This document shows positions 20,136 through 31,677 of a stretch of 64,000 bases of DNA, piece after piece. Both the position numbers and the translations under genes were made by a program. The notes beneath the pieces were generated by a model. That model did not search any database, was not told the origin of the DNA, and saw nothing but the letters and a program-made list of their open reading frames with translations. Position 1 is the stretch's first letter. Every line of letters begins with the position of its first letter. Source of the DNA: Turneriella sp. (GTDB lineage Bacteria; Spirochaetota; Leptospiria; Turneriellales; Turneriellaceae); the NCBI GenBank assembly GCA_965279515.1, contig CBDIID010000003.1:3712001-3776000 (forward strand), written 5' to 3'.

Positions 20136-21980
20136 TTATTCTAATTTACTCAGATCCCTGACGGCGCCTTTATCGGCGCTCGTTGCCAAAAGTGCATATG
20201 CTTTGAGCGATGCCGTTACTTTGCGTGGCCGGGCTTCTGCCGGTTTCCATGCCGCTTTGCCCCTGGCGTTTTCTGCAGCGCGCCGTGCATCGAGTTCCGC
20301 ATCCGTGAGCTTTACATTGATGGTGCGGTTGGGAATATCGATATGGATGATATCGCCATTGCGCACAAGGCCAATGGCACCGCCCGCCGCCGCTTCGGGT
20401 GAAACATGGCCGATCGAAAGACCTGAAGTTCCGCCAGAGAAGCGGCCATCAGTTAAGAGTGCGCAGGCTTTGCCTAAGCCCCGTGATTTAAGATAGCTCG
20501 TCGGGTAGAGCATCTCTTGCATACCTGGGCCGCCTTTGGGGCCTTCGTAGCGAATGACGACGACCTCGCCTTCTTTTACCTTGCCTTGCAAAATATGGTG
20601 AACCGCCTGGTCCTGGCTTTCGACCACATGAGCCGGGCCTTCGAATACCCAGCAGCTCTCGTCGACGCCGGATGTTTTTACGACACAGCCGTCGATGGCG
20701 ATGTTGCCCTTGAGTACTGCCAGGCCGCCTTCTTTGCTGTAGGCATGTTCGACGGAACGGATGCAACCTTCAGCGCGGTCTGCATCGAGCGTCGGCCAGC
20801 GGGTTGCCTGGCTGAATGCAACTTGTGTCGGAATTCCCGCCGGGCCCGCTTTATAGAAAGTTGCTACGGCATCTGACGCGGTAACGGTGACGTCCCATTT
20901 ATCGAGTGCCTCTTGAAAAGTTTTGCTGTGAACCGTCGGTAACTGGTTATGGAGCAAACCGCCGCGATTCAGTTCAGCGAGAATTCCCATGACGCCGCCG
21001 GCGCGGTGTACATCTTCCATATGGTATTTCGGTGTGTTCGGCGCCACTTTGCAAAGCTGCGGCACCTTGCGGCTTAAGCGGTCGATATCCTGCATCGTGA
21101 AAGGCACCTCGCCTTCCTGAGCCGCGGCCAGTAAATGCAAAATGGTATTGGTCGAGCCACCCATTGCAATATCCAGCGCCATGGCATTTTCAAAAGCCTG
21201 GAAGGATGCAATCGAGCGCGGTAATACGCTCTCATCATTATTTTCGTAGTAGCGCTTGGTTATTTCTACAATCAGGCGACCTGCTTCGAGAAACAGTTGC
21301 TCGCGGTCGGCGTGGGTTGCCAGTACCGAACCGTTGCCGGGCAAGCTCAACCCCAACGCCTCGGTTAAGCAGTTCATCGAGTTTGCGGTAAACATGCCCG
21401 AGCAAGAGCCGCACGTGGGGCAGGCGGAGCGCTCGTAGGCATCGACTTTTTCATCGCTGGCATTTTGGTCCGTTCCAATCACGATTGCATCCACAAGATC
21501 CAGCTTGTGTTCTGAGAGTTTGGTTTTACCGGCTTCCATCGGCCCGCCGGAAACGAACACGACGGGAATGTTCAAACGCATTGCCGCCATCAGCATTCCG
21601 GGTGTAATCTTATCACAGTTGGATATGCAAACGATTGCATCAGCACAGTGCGCATTGACCATGTATTCGACAGAGTCGGCAATAATGTCACGGCTCGGCA
21701 GGCTATAGAGCATGCCGTCATGCCCCATGGCGATACCGTCATCTACAGCGATGGTATTGAACTCTTTAGCTACTCCGCCGACTTTCTCAATTTCACGCGC
21801 TACCAGTTGGCCAAGATCTTTCAAATGCACATGCCCTGGCACAAACTGGGTAAATGAATTCGCTATGGCAATAATAGGCTTATTGAAGTCATCATCTTTC
21901 ATACCGGTGGCGCGCCAGAGGGCACGGGCACCAGCCATGTTCCTGCCAGAGGTTGTAGTTTTAGAGCGATATACAGGCAT
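20136..21980 (-). CDS. ilvD: Dihydroxy-acid dehydratase
   Basis: [41 protein letters not shown]. Confidence 0.98.
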   Translation of the reverse strand: MPVYRSKTTTSGRNMAGARALWRATGMKDDDFNKPIIAIANSFTQFVPGHVHLKDLGQLVAREIEKVGGVAKEFNTIAVDDGIAMGHDGMLYSLPSRDIIADSVEYMVNAHCADAIVCISNCDKITPGMLMAAMRLNIPVVFVSGGPMEAGKTKLSEHKLDLVDAIVIGTDQNASDEKVDAYERSACPTCGSCSGMFTANSMNCLTEALGLSLPGNGSVLATHADREQLFLEAGRLIVEITKRYYENNDESVLPRSIASFQAFENAMALDIAMGGSTNTILHLLAAAQEGEVPFTMQDIDRLSRKVPQLCKVAPNTPKYHMEDVHRAGGVMGILAELNRGGLLHNQLPTVHSKTFQEALDKWDVTVTASDAVATFYKAGPAGIPTQVAFSQATRWPTLDADRAEGCIRSVEHAYSKEGGLAVLKGNIAIDGCVVKTSGVDESCWVFEGPAHVVESQDQAVHHILQGKVKEGEVVVIRYEGPKGGPGMQEMLYPTSYLKSRGLGKACALLTDGRFSGGTSGLSIGHVSPEAAAGGAIGLVRNGDIIHIDIPNRTINVKLTDAELDARRAAENARGKAAWKPAEARPRKVTASLKAYALLATSADKGAVRDLSKLE

Positions 21981-22340
21981 AGATTTTCTCAGAAAAGACA
22001 GACGAAGGAAAAAAATGAGACACCCGGCAAAGCAGAAAGGCCTCGCAGAGCATCTGGATAAGTTAATTCATCCATTTGGCGCGTAGTTTGAGGTCAGAGC
22101 TTCTTTTACAGAAAAATTAACTTTTGTCAGTCTTTGAATCCATAAAAAAAATACCCATTTTGTCCGTCGCGAATAATCAGGGTTTCGCATTTCTCAGCAT
22201 GTCCTGTGGTGCCTGGCTACTCACCAGCGCATCTCTGCGCTGTATTTTAGCAATCTCTATCCATGGCATATCTGAGCTTCGTGCAGTGCCGGAAGCTCAT
22301 TGTTCAGAGAAAGAATCGTTTATTGCAATTTAAGGGAAAA

Positions 22341-22365
22341 GTGTTACTTATGTCGTGATAGTACC
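22341..22365 (-). mobile_element. Isolated terminal remnant of the IS481-family element
   Basis: GTGTTACTTATGTCGTGATAGTACC matches the terminal 25 bp of the three full IS copies with one mismatch. Confidence 0.85.
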
Positions 22366-22778
22366 CATCTTAATGGCGGCCAACGTGGATTTTACGCTGA
22401 CGTTTTTTGACGCTTGTGTCATTTATTCAATCTGTAAAGCCGATTTGCGTCAAAAAATGTGGTCGTAGCGGCTCGCGGCGACGCGCGAAAACACACCTCC
22501 CGGTGTGCGCGTCGTCCGCGATCTTTGCCGCGGAGACCCGAGCACGCGAGGAGCTACTGCACCGCAGCGGCGCAGCGCGTAAAATTTGTTGTCTGAAGTA
22601 ATTGCGCCTGTGAGCCCGGGCAAGGAGGCCCGGGCGAATAAAGGATAAGAGATTTTTCCATAAGAGGCCATCGGTTATCTTAACTTGCTACTTTTTGAAG
22701 TTAAACAGACTTTACACCTCGGATATCGTAGTTTTTGATGATTCTCTCGGTATAATTTCTTAGATAAGAATTGAATCC

Positions 22779-23255
22779 ATGGAAATTCCGGTTTTTCTGC
22801 CACTACCGAAAGGCATCACAGGTTTTTCGAACGCAGGCGAGCCTTTCGTAGGCTCTTTGGATAACAAATTCGTAAAATCCCTTGCCTTCTCCATAGATTA
22901 CTCCCAGCATTATAAGCTCTTTGATTTCAAGATGCCTCAGATCAGTGCTAATTATTTCAGGTTAACAATAGAGGATGGTCGGACAAATGATGTTTTCTCA
23001 ATTCTTATCAATGCTCACTATCCTTTTTATGCAGCTGTTACCAAGGAAAGTCAATGGATGAACTTGGTATTTATTGAAGCGCCAACTGCGATTCAAAATC
23101 TTTTCGCACCTCATTTTCAGTATCTTAGTCCCAAAGATTTGGGTCAAATTGTGCAGCCTGAACAGCTTATTTTATTAGGGGAATCAGAGCTGCAGCAAAT
23201 TACCAGTTGGAAGTCGGAACGCATTGGCGACATTGTTTTTAATGGATATGATTAA
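22779..23255 (+). CDS. Hypothetical cassette protein
   Basis: 158-aa ORF filling a cassette. Confidence 0.7.
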   Translation: MEIPVFLPLPKGITGFSNAGEPFVGSLDNKFVKSLAFSIDYSQHYKLFDFKMPQISANYFRLTIEDGRTNDVFSILINAHYPFYAAVTKESQWMNLVFIEAPTAIQNLFAPHFQYLSPKDLGQIVQPEQLILLGESELQQITSWKSERIGDIVFNGYD

Positions 23256-23530
23256 TCGGCCAATGCCGGTCATAGCGTCGGCATGGATGCCGACGGGATA
23301 CAAAGGCGCAATTATTTCAGACAACGTGGAAAATACCCGAATTGCGCCCCCGCGGGTGTAAAGTGTAAATAATCACGGCTTTATGTGACTTTCGCGGGAG
23401 CGCATTTGCCCGAAGCGCCTCGCGGCAAAGCACAGAACAAGCGTCCCGCTTGTGCTTTGTCCGCGATCTTTGGCGCGCAGGGCCGAGCACGCGAGCCAAC
23501 GAAGTGCTCGCGGCGCAGCGGGTATTTTTT

Positions 23531-23724
23531 GTTAGCCGCCGTTACCGGATTCGCGCGGCTGGCGAGCAACCCGAAGGTCAGCGAGATACTGTAGTTCGAT
23601 ATTATTAGTAACCGAGGAGTTGTCGCCAGGATCAAAGGCGTAAGCAGCGAAATCTGGTTGTACTCTCTGATAACAAATCCTCTTTTTCTCCCCTTCGGGC
23701 GCGAAGGAGGTAATGGTGGCTAAC
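23531..23724. repeat. Gene-less cassette, copy 1
   Basis: GTTAGCCGCCGTTACC...GGTAATGGTGGCTAAC, ~194 bp, seven near-identical copies. Confidence 0.85.
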
Positions 23725-23927
23725 GTGGAAAATACCCGAATTGCGCCCGCGCGGGTGTAAAGTGTAAATAATCACGGTTTTATGCGACTTTCGTGGGAGC
23801 GCATTTGCCCGTAGCGCCTCGCGAGCCCGCCAATGCAGGCCCACTGGCCTGCGGGCGTAGCGATCTTCGGCGCGTAGGGCCGAGCACGCGACCCAGCGTA
23901 GCGGTCGCGGCGCAGCGGGTATTTTTT

Positions 23928-24121
23928 GTTAGCCGCCGTTACCGGATTCGCGCGGCTGGCGAACAACCCGAAGGTCAGCTATATACTGTATTTCGATCTT
24001 ATTAGTCACCGAGGAGTTGTCGCCAGGATCAAAGGCGTAAGCAGCGAAATCTGGCTGTATTTTCTGATAAAAAATCCTCTTTTTCTCCCCTTCGGGCGCG
24101 AAGGAGGTAATGGTGGCTAAC
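23928..24121. repeat. Gene-less cassette, copy 2
   Basis: Near-identical to 23531-23724. Confidence 0.85.
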
Positions 24122-24545
24122 GTGGATTTTACGCTGACGTTTTTTGACGCTTGTGTCTTTTATTCATTCTGTAAAGCCGATTTGCGTCAAAAAATGTGGT
24201 CGTAGCGGCTCGCGGCGGCGCGCGAAAACACACCTCCCGGTGTGCGCGTCGTCCGCGATCTTTGCCGCGCAGACCCGAGCACGCGAGGAGCTACGGCACC
24301 GCAGCGGCGCAGCGCGTAAAATTTGTTGTCTGACGTAGTTGCGCCTGTGAGCCCGGCATGGAGGCCGGGCGACTGCAGAAGAAGGCTGCCCAAAAAAATT
24401 CTGTTTGTCCCATGAAGAACAGGATTCACGCCTGAGACGGACAGTTGCTTCATTAGTTAAACGCGGCGCCAATTTCTTGGATGCTAAATGAACTAGTATC
24501 TCACCGCTTTCGGAAATATGTCATGCCGTTTTTTTGGCATAGGGA

Positions 24546-25085
24546 ATGGCAGTAATTCGTACAGTAAGGGCCATGGAAAGTAGAGTTAGAGTATTCTACA
24601 TCCGAAAAATGGCGATGAGGACATTTTTTATATATAGCCTCATCATTGCCTCGCGGCAAATCAGCGCTACTGGGGAGGGGATCGCTGGTATTACAACCGT
24701 TAATGCCGGTATAGAATTTCACACAGGCAAGTTAGGTCCGGTACCAACGGTCGGTCTGCTGGCGGGTTTCTACTCAATTGTCAGCGCGCACGTACATGCA
24801 AATTTATCCTACCGCCCCGCTGACGAAACTTGGCATACACGAGGTGGGTTTGGATTCGGCATTTTGAATTTCTTACTAAATCTGGACCTGACGTACCAAG
24901 CCGGTAATCAATCCTCCGCCGGATTTCTCTTTGGGGGATCCCTTTTTTGGGGGCTTCAGAGATTACATGATTTGCAAACTTTAGTCGAGGTGTTTTATGG
25001 CTATCAAACTAATTTTGCGGCAAGTACCGAGAATAGCTTGATCGGCGGTTTAAAAATTCATCTGAACCTTGGAAAGAAAATTTGA
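24546..25085 (+). CDS. Hypothetical beta-barrel-like exported protein
   Basis: 179-aa ORF with alternating hydrophobic strands. Start uncertain. Confidence 0.5.
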   Translation: MAVIRTVRAMESRVRVFYIRKMAMRTFFIYSLIIASRQISATGEGIAGITTVNAGIEFHTGKLGPVPTVGLLAGFYSIVSAHVHANLSYRPADETWHTRGGFGFGILNFLLNLDLTYQAGNQSSAGFLFGGSLFWGLQRLHDLQTLVEVFYGYQTNFAASTENSLIGGLKIHLNLGKKI

Positions 25086-25198
25086 TAACCATCCCGTGGG
25101 TTGATAATAGTTTCAACTAAACCGTGGCGAATAGCAATTTCTTAGATGTCAAAATTGATCTTTCGTGCACCTAGCAGCGTCTAATACAAAACAACACT

Positions 25199-25456
25199 AT
25201 GCGAAAATTCATAACGCCGCTATGTCTCATCTGTAGTATCGCCTTACTCGGCGACCTTGCTCACGCAAAACAAAGCAAGGGTGGATTGTGGGCTGGGCCT
25301 GAGACCTTACCGCCGGATCCTAAAAGGAAAAAGCCCGGAGAAGAATGCAAAGCCTCCGATGAATGCCAGCTCCATCATGAATGCAAGCAACAAGGCGATA
25401 AGGGTGTCTGCACCCCACCGCCGCCCTCAAGAATTCCACCCGGTGCCGTAACGTAG
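25199..25456 (+). CDS. Small secreted Cys-rich protein
   Basis: Signal peptide followed by GEECKASDECQLHHEC...GVC disulfide-rich motif. Confidence 0.65.
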   Translation: MRKFITPLCLICSIALLGDLAHAKQSKGGLWAGPETLPPDPKRKKPGEECKASDECQLHHECKQQGDKGVCTPPPPSRIPPGAVT

Positions 25457-26236
25457 CCCGCCGGGCAGCGCGGCCCGGATATTCGCGATAGCATCGCCGG
25501 GATTCTCAAAAAACGTGCGCGTCACGCCATGGATTCGGGTATTGAGGCAAGTAGCGAAGCTATAAAAAACTGCTTCGAAAGCGTTTCTTTGTATGACATG
25601 CTGCCGACCCGGATTTATCACCGGGCCCGCGATGACGCTTGTTTCGGGCTGAAACAGTTTTTTTCTGCGCCGCCTACCGGTTTTGGGCGAAGGTTTCAAA
25701 AGCAGTTCTCTAACTTGCGGTTTCTGCCACCTGATTACGGCGGGTACGCGGGCAGGTTAGCAGACAAGCAGACCTTTCAGGTCTATCTGCGTTCGGTTGG
25801 AATGAATACAGCCCTTTAAAGCCATAAATATCCATAAAGAGTCGTTTTTGCCCATGAAAACAGGATTTACGCCTGAAAAGGTCCGTAGCCTAATCGTCGA
25901 AATGAGTATCAATTTCTTAGATACTTGGTCGCATTTAGTAGCTGGCGCCCGCATGGACGCGGGCGGGAAAAAACAGCGCAACTATGTCAGACAACGTGGA
26001 ATTTACACGAGGTCGATGGTGCGTCGCACAATAAAATTAGGCTTACTTGAAAAGCCGAGTATTAAGCACCATCGATCTGCCGAAGACCGCTCGTTGCGCC
26101 TGACCAAACAAACGTCCCGTTTGTCAGGCGTCAACGATCTTTGCGGTCGAGGCCGAGCACGCGAGGAGCCACGGCACCGCAGCGAGCGCAGCGTGTAAGT
26201 TTTGTTGTGCGACGTTGCCCCGCTGGAAAAAAATGC

Positions 26237-26596
26237 TCAAGCGTTTGCCGGTAGAACGGCTAATGTCGGAGCAGAGTAAATTGAGATAAATATGGCGTCT
26301 TCCGAAAAATCATTTATCGCGCCATGGACTTCGTCTTGTTCAGCAACCGCTATTTGCCCGGCAGAAATTATTGATTTCATTTGATTGCCGCGGAAATAGG
26401 TTAGCTGACCTTTAACCACAAGCCATGTATCTTGGCCGTCGGGATGGGTATGTACGGGAACTTCTTGCCCCGCTTTAACGCCCCAAATCGCCAAACTATT
26501 GGTTTTCGTAGTAGAAATGACGGTTACCGTCGCCTTGTCCTCTGAAAACCGTACCAATGCGGCCGTATTAAACAATCTAATTGCTTCTTTGCTCAT
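26237..26596 (-). CDS. Cupin-domain protein
   Basis: GQEVPVHTHPDGQD...EVHG cupin motifs. Confidence 0.85.
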   Translation of the reverse strand: MSKEAIRLFNTAALVRFSEDKATVTVISTTKTNSLAIWGVKAGQEVPVHTHPDGQDTWLVVKGQLTYFRGNQMKSIISAGQIAVAEQDEVHGAINDFSEDAIFISIYSAPTLAVLPANA

Positions 26597-26938
26597 GTGC
26601 CATTCGTCGCGGATGAAAGCATAATCTTACGGCAAACGCGCACGGAAATATATTCCGGGGCAATGTTCGCACAACGCGGGTTTTACGAGATTTGCGCCTC
26701 GCGGGTGTAAAGTGCTTTCAACGTGGAATTTACCTGAGGTTGAATGACGCTTCGTTCAACTTTGTGTTTTGTAAGGCCATGTTGCGTCACTCAATCTGCC
26801 CGAAGCGCCTCGCGGCAAAGCACAAACCAAGCGTCCCGCTTGTGCTTTGTCCGCGATCTTCTGGCGCGTAGGGCCGAGCACGCGAGGAGCCACGGCACCG
26901 GAGCGGCGCAGCAGGTAAATTTTGTTGTACGACGTTGT

Positions 26939-27610
26939 CTATAGGGCGGCCCATGGTTCCTGAAGCTGATTAACTTTGATAAGCTCGGTAAATGCTTTGG
27001 TATAATCTTTGAAAAGGCCGTTATGAGGAAAATCTTGCAGACTCAGATGGAAGCCAGTACCTGATTTGTACGCCCATTTTCTCAGCTTATAGAATGCTTG
27101 GGCGGCCTTAAAATTATTGAGTATTTTTTGGAAAACAAAGTTCTTCGTTTCTTCCATATCAAACATATCTTCTGCAAATGCGAGTATGACAAAGGCAGAC
27201 AATGGTTGCTTTTCGGTTTTTGATGAAGAACTAGGATTTAGAAAGTTCCAATAGAAAATCGGCGGATTCTCAGTTTCTGAACAGGTTTCCCAATGCGGCG
27301 CCCAAAGTTCCAAATGGCCAAAGCGTGAGTTAGCTGGATTTTCAGGTTTCGCGGGGGTGCCATAGGCCCATTTCAGAATGGATTTCTCGCTCAAATTTAA
27401 ACGACCCAAACCTTTCACTTTGGAATATTGGCCGTTCTTTACATACTCATAGGCCCTGATACCAAATGTCTGCTTCTTCAAAAGTAAAAACTCGTTGATT
27501 GCCGCCGCCACCGGACTTATGGCACGATAGTGCCATGGCATATTGTCGCCAGTTCTAATGAATATCGAATAAGTGTGATAGCTTCGGGTCCAAAAATTAA
27601 TCATAGACAA
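26939..27610 (-). CDS. Hypothetical cassette protein
   Basis: ORF starts within the cassette's GTT arm and stops within the opposite arm, a tight cassette fit. Confidence 0.75.
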   Translation of the reverse strand: MSMINFWTRSYHTYSIFIRTGDNMPWHYRAISPVAAAINEFLLLKKQTFGIRAYEYVKNGQYSKVKGLGRLNLSEKSILKWAYGTPAKPENPANSRFGHLELWAPHWETCSETENPPIFYWNFLNPSSSSKTEKQPLSAFVILAFAEDMFDMEETKNFVFQKILNNFKAAQAFYKLRKWAYKSGTGFHLSLQDFPHNGLFKDYTKAFTELIKVNQLQEPWAAL

Positions 27611-27845
27611 TGTCGTACAACGTGGAATTTACCTGAGGTTGAGTGACGCTTCGTTCAACTTTGTATTCTGTAAAGCCATTTTTGCGTCACTCAATCTGCC
27701 CGAAGCGCCTCGCGGCAAAGCACAAAACAAGCGTCCCGCTTGTGCTTTGTCCGCGATTTTTGGCGCGTAGGGCCGAGCACGCGAGGAGCTACGGCACCGC
27801 AGCGGCGCAGCAGGTAAATTTTGTTGGGCGAAGTAGCCTTTTCGG

Positions 27846-28487
27846 TTAAAGAGCTTTGCCAACAATGTAAGTGTCAATATCTACCTCTAGATTGAGCTTT
27901 GCCATACGATTGATTGTCTGAATATCAAAATGAATACCCGCATTGGCGCTTAGTGCCTGATGTCTGCATATTGAAATTTCTACCTCTGCCATCTTCGTTA
28001 AAGACAGAATATTTTCAGCATCTTTTTCAATCTCGTCTAATACTTTGCTTAATAGCGGCTTTAAGTCATAAGCCTCACTGTCTACAAATTCATAGCTTAC
28101 CAGACTAAATGTACGAGCTTTTCCGGTCCTTGGTTGCAAATCACCCTTTGACCAACCATCATGAGGCTTGAGCTTCGTAAACTTCGCAAGTTCAGCATAA
28201 GTGTGATTTTCTGAGATTACGTTCAAAGAACACTTGTGGCCGTTTTCGATCATGATCCAGGAGATCTCCAAAGATTCTTTTCGAACAAACACGACAAAGA
28301 AGAATCGTTCATCTAAAACACGAAAATAGACCGCCACACGGTCGGCTTCAGTTTCTTCATCAACCCTCTCAACTTCATAACCCAAGTCACCTTCAACCAG
28401 CTCCATAACAGACAAATACTGTTCTGTAAGTGCAAATGTCGGGTTCTTAATTTCTTCTACTGCTTTCTGAATGTATTTTTCTGACAT
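27846..28487 (-). CDS. DUF4279-like protein
   Basis: C-terminal GIHFDIQTINRMAKLNLEVDIDTY typical of this family (recognised from memory). Confidence 0.6.
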   Translation of the reverse strand: MSEKYIQKAVEEIKNPTFALTEQYLSVMELVEGDLGYEVERVDEETEADRVAVYFRVLDERFFFVVFVRKESLEISWIMIENGHKCSLNVISENHTYAELAKFTKLKPHDGWSKGDLQPRTGKARTFSLVSYEFVDSEAYDLKPLLSKVLDEIEKDAENILSLTKMAEVEISICRHQALSANAGIHFDIQTINRMAKLNLEVDIDTYIVGKAL

Positions 28488-28502
28488 AAAAAATATCTTA
28501 AG

Positions 28503-29837
28503 GGTACAATATCAGAACATCGGTAACGAAAAGTCATCACGACATCGGTAACAGTTCTGCCTCAGGCTTTGCCGTGGTTTCCTCCTGATTTGGTGTAAAC
28601 AAATAATTGTTCCGATCGATGTAGCCCAATAGCAGGCTACCGAAGTAGACGTCGATGCGCATGTCGGCGATAAACCGGAGCCCGATCGGGTAGCCGTTAA
28701 AAGAATTGCCGATAAATATCCGGTGCTGCTTGTAGTTGGTGTAACCGCGGTCATTTACGATGCGTACGATGCAATCCTCAGGGTAGGCGGGTAGTACGTC
28801 GCCAGTATACGGAATTTCAGATGGTAGGTAGAACTCTGATGGCGTCCTCATGCCCAGGGCTTCATGCGGTCGCACATTGTTGAAGTCTTCGCGCCACTGA
28901 TCAAACGAAATCTGGTGAAGCTTTAGATCACCGCGAATGCGCCCCTGCAGTTCCGTGCGGATGTCTCTGTGCATACGCTCATGGCCACCATTCTGGGCTG
29001 GCTTTCCCGGATCAATGCGGTCCAGAGAAATTCCCAAGGACAGCCACCAGACTGACAATTTTGTCAGGCCAAAGAGGCCCCACGATGATGCGAAAGGAGT
29101 TCCGTTGTCAGAGCGAATAATTTCCGGCAGACCATAGCGTTTGAAGAGTCTGGCAAAGTGTTGTTTTACATTGGAAATATTGCCCTTTTCCAGTATCTGT
29201 ATCGACAGGATGTACTTACTGTACTCATCGCGAACTGTCAGAGGTTCGCATTTCTCTGCATGTGCAGTATACCACCACCCCTTGAAATCAACCGTCCATA
29301 TGTGATTGGGATGCGTCGCCTTTTCGCGAAGCATCAGCCTCTCTCCGGTTCTGCGGCGCTTCTTTCCTCTTGGCCTTGTCAGACCAGAGCGCGCCAGAAG
29401 GCGATCGACTGTAGGCACTGAAATATCGCCTTTGCGCTCGGGGTAAAGCCTGCAGAAGACCGCATAGATCTTCTTGGCTCCCCAGCGAGGCCTGTTATTC
29501 TTTATGCGAATAATGTCGCAGATTGTTTCTTCGTCAGTGCGGTTCGGATTGCCTCCTGGTTTTCGTGACAACTCCGCCAATCCAGCTAAGCCTTTTTCCA
29601 GAAACCTTGCCTTCCACTTGTACCCTGTCTTGGTGCTGATGCCAAACTCGCGGCACAGCTCTGTGAAACTCTCTACGCCCTCCAGGGCGCGAAAGACAAA
29701 AGATCTTTTCTCTTCCATTTTGGTAACCTCTTTCCACGGCATTTGAGCCCCCTGCCGAAGGCAGGCAAAAGCTCTTTGCGAAGCAAAGTGTTACCGATGT
29801 CTTGATAGAAATGTGTTACCTATGTCGTGATAGTACC
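28503..29837 (-). mobile_element. IS481-family element, copy 1 (1335 bp)
   Basis: Imperfect terminal IRs GGTAC...ACAT(C)GGTAAC, duplicated target TAAG. Confidence 0.92.
28537..29742 (-). CDS. IS481-family DDE transposase
   Basis: MPWKE N-terminus, HTH (ELCREFGISTKTGYKW), WTVDFKG, IRSDNG, QNGGHERMHR, RPHEALG. Confidence 0.93.
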   Translation of the reverse strand: MPWKEVTKMEEKRSFVFRALEGVESFTELCREFGISTKTGYKWKARFLEKGLAGLAELSRKPGGNPNRTDEETICDIIRIKNNRPRWGAKKIYAVFCRLYPERKGDISVPTVDRLLARSGLTRPRGKKRRRTGERLMLREKATHPNHIWTVDFKGWWYTAHAEKCEPLTVRDEYSKYILSIQILEKGNISNVKQHFARLFKRYGLPEIIRSDNGTPFASSWGLFGLTKLSVWWLSLGISLDRIDPGKPAQNGGHERMHRDIRTELQGRIRGDLKLHQISFDQWREDFNNVRPHEALGMRTPSEFYLPSEIPYTGDVLPAYPEDCIVRIVNDRGYTNYKQHRIFIGNSFNGYPIGLRFIADMRIDVYFGSLLLGYIDRNNYLFTPNQEETTAKPEAELLPMS

Positions 29838-30153
29838 TAAGGCTATTTCGCCCAACGTGGATTTTAGGCTGACGTTTTTTGACGCTTGTGTCATTTATTC
29901 AATCTGTAAAGCCGATTTGCGTCAAAAAATGTGGTCGTAGCGGCTCGCGGCGACGCGCGAAAACACACCTCCCGGTGTGCGCGTCGTCCGCGATCTTTGT
30001 CGCGGAGACCCGAGCACGCGAGGAGCTACGGCACCGCAGCGAGCGCAGCGCGTAAAATTTGTTGTCTGAAGTAATTGCGCCTGTGAGCGCGGCTAGGAGG
30101 GCCGCGCGAATTCTGAGTTTAATTGCCTATTACTGGTCATTTCGCGTCGGCAT

Positions 30154-31107
30154 CTACCGGTGTGAGTCTAAGGCGGCGCGGGCTGACTTCTCTTGGTTTG
30201 CGATGTAATCCATAGGATGAAATTCATGGGGCGCCATGGCTTTTTCCTGCATGATCAGCCGATACCCATAGCAGAGCATAGGCGAGTCACCATCGACCAG
30301 ACCGATAGGTCCTTCTGTTTTCAGAGCTTTATTTTCCAGGCTGTAGATAATATCGGTTTCACTGCGTGCTTCGCGTATGATAAGTTTAGCTTCATTGCGC
30401 TTCCAAGTACACGACCTATCAACGCGGTTTCCATTATAGGTCAAGAGGGAAACGAGCCGGCATCTGCCATTTCTTTCTATATTCAGATAACGGTGTTCGG
30501 TTGAATTGCTCTCATCTAAATAAAGGCCAATAAATCCGTCGGTAAACGTCTGAAGGTATCGCGATCTGAGCCTGTCGCCCAGCTCTGCGGATATTGGAAA
30601 ATCTTCAAATGAATCACCTGCCTGTCGGAAGAATTTGATACCCGAGAGAGCCGTATCGGACCATTTCGCGCCTTTATAGACGGAAACGATTCTCAAGCTG
30701 ACCTGTTTACCCTTCAGAGTATCTTTCAAATCTATATTTTGTCTGCCCGCGGTGTCCTTAAGCGTATAGACAGTCTCGCTGCCACCTTCCGCAGAGAATC
30801 CGATTTCTTTAACGCGATTATTGAGCGGGAAAAATTTCGCATCGGAGTAACCATTCCAGACAGCTATCCGATGAATTTTTGCTTTCTTATCAAATAAAAA
30901 GGTGACGGTCTCGCCGATGCCGTCGTCGGCCTTGCCTTCAACCCAACTTGCTTGGGCGCCTTCACGAAGCAGCCACTCTGCACGGTATTTACCTGTCTCA
31001 GGTTCATGCTCGCTTGAGGCTTGTATTCCTGTGACTAAGGGAGGCATCTTTTCACCACAGCTAGGCAAGAAGACGAAAAGCATAAAAAAGGAACCGAATC
31101 GTAGCAT
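30154..31107 (-). CDS. Lipoprotein with discoidin/NADase-type glycan-binding-like domain
   Basis: Lipobox LPSC, SWVEG..DDGIGE, NGY...NNRVK, SVYKG.KWSDTALS. Confidence 0.65.
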   Translation of the reverse strand: MLRFGSFFMLFVFLPSCGEKMPPLVTGIQASSEHEPETGKYRAEWLLREGAQASWVEGKADDGIGETVTFLFDKKAKIHRIAVWNGYSDAKFFPLNNRVKEIGFSAEGGSETVYTLKDTAGRQNIDLKDTLKGKQVSLRIVSVYKGAKWSDTALSGIKFFRQAGDSFEDFPISAELGDRLRSRYLQTFTDGFIGLYLDESNSTEHRYLNIERNGRCRLVSLLTYNGNRVDRSCTWKRNEAKLIIREARSETDIIYSLENKALKTEGPIGLVDGDSPMLCYGYRLIMQEKAMAPHEFHPMDYIANQEKSARAALDSHR

Positions 31108-31677
31108 AGTCACCCTCCAATCCAACGGGTGACCCATTACCCAAGGAGATAATCAGTCAAACATTAAACTGAACCGCCACATTATTAAATATGGCTTTTG
31201 AAGCGGGTAACTACCCTTAAACTGGTCATTGTGTCACGATAGCTTCACCGCGCCGACAGGAGGTCGGCGGATATCAAAGGCGCAATTATTTCAGACAACG
31301 CGGAATTTACCTGAGGTCGATAGTGCGTCGCGTAATAAATGCAGTCTTCACTCGAAAGCTGCGTTTTGATGCACTATCGATCTGCCGCAGGTCGCCTCGT
31401 TGCGCCCGACCAAACAAACGTCCTGTTTGTCGGGCGTCAACGACTCTTAAGCGACCGGAGGCCGAGGACACGAGCCAACGAAGTGCTCGCGCCCGCAGCA
31501 GGTAAATTTTGTTCTCTGACGTAGTTGCACTTATGAGCCCGGGCATGGAGGGCCGGGCGACCATTACTAAAATGCTGTTGTTCAAAAGACTAAAAAAAGC
31601 TTTTTTCAAGATTCTGGGTTAAATTAGCTAAGGATGAAAGTCCTTGACGCATCTAATTATTCATTCCAGAGGTCTAT

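Noticed and set aside
22382..22590. tRNA or known structured RNA suggested by the cloverleaf-like branching
   Set aside because: No T-loop or D-loop motifs or CCA end, and far too long.
25529..25819. 96-aa ORF as a third gene in the cassette
   Set aside because: No clear RBS or family signal; cannot be supported.
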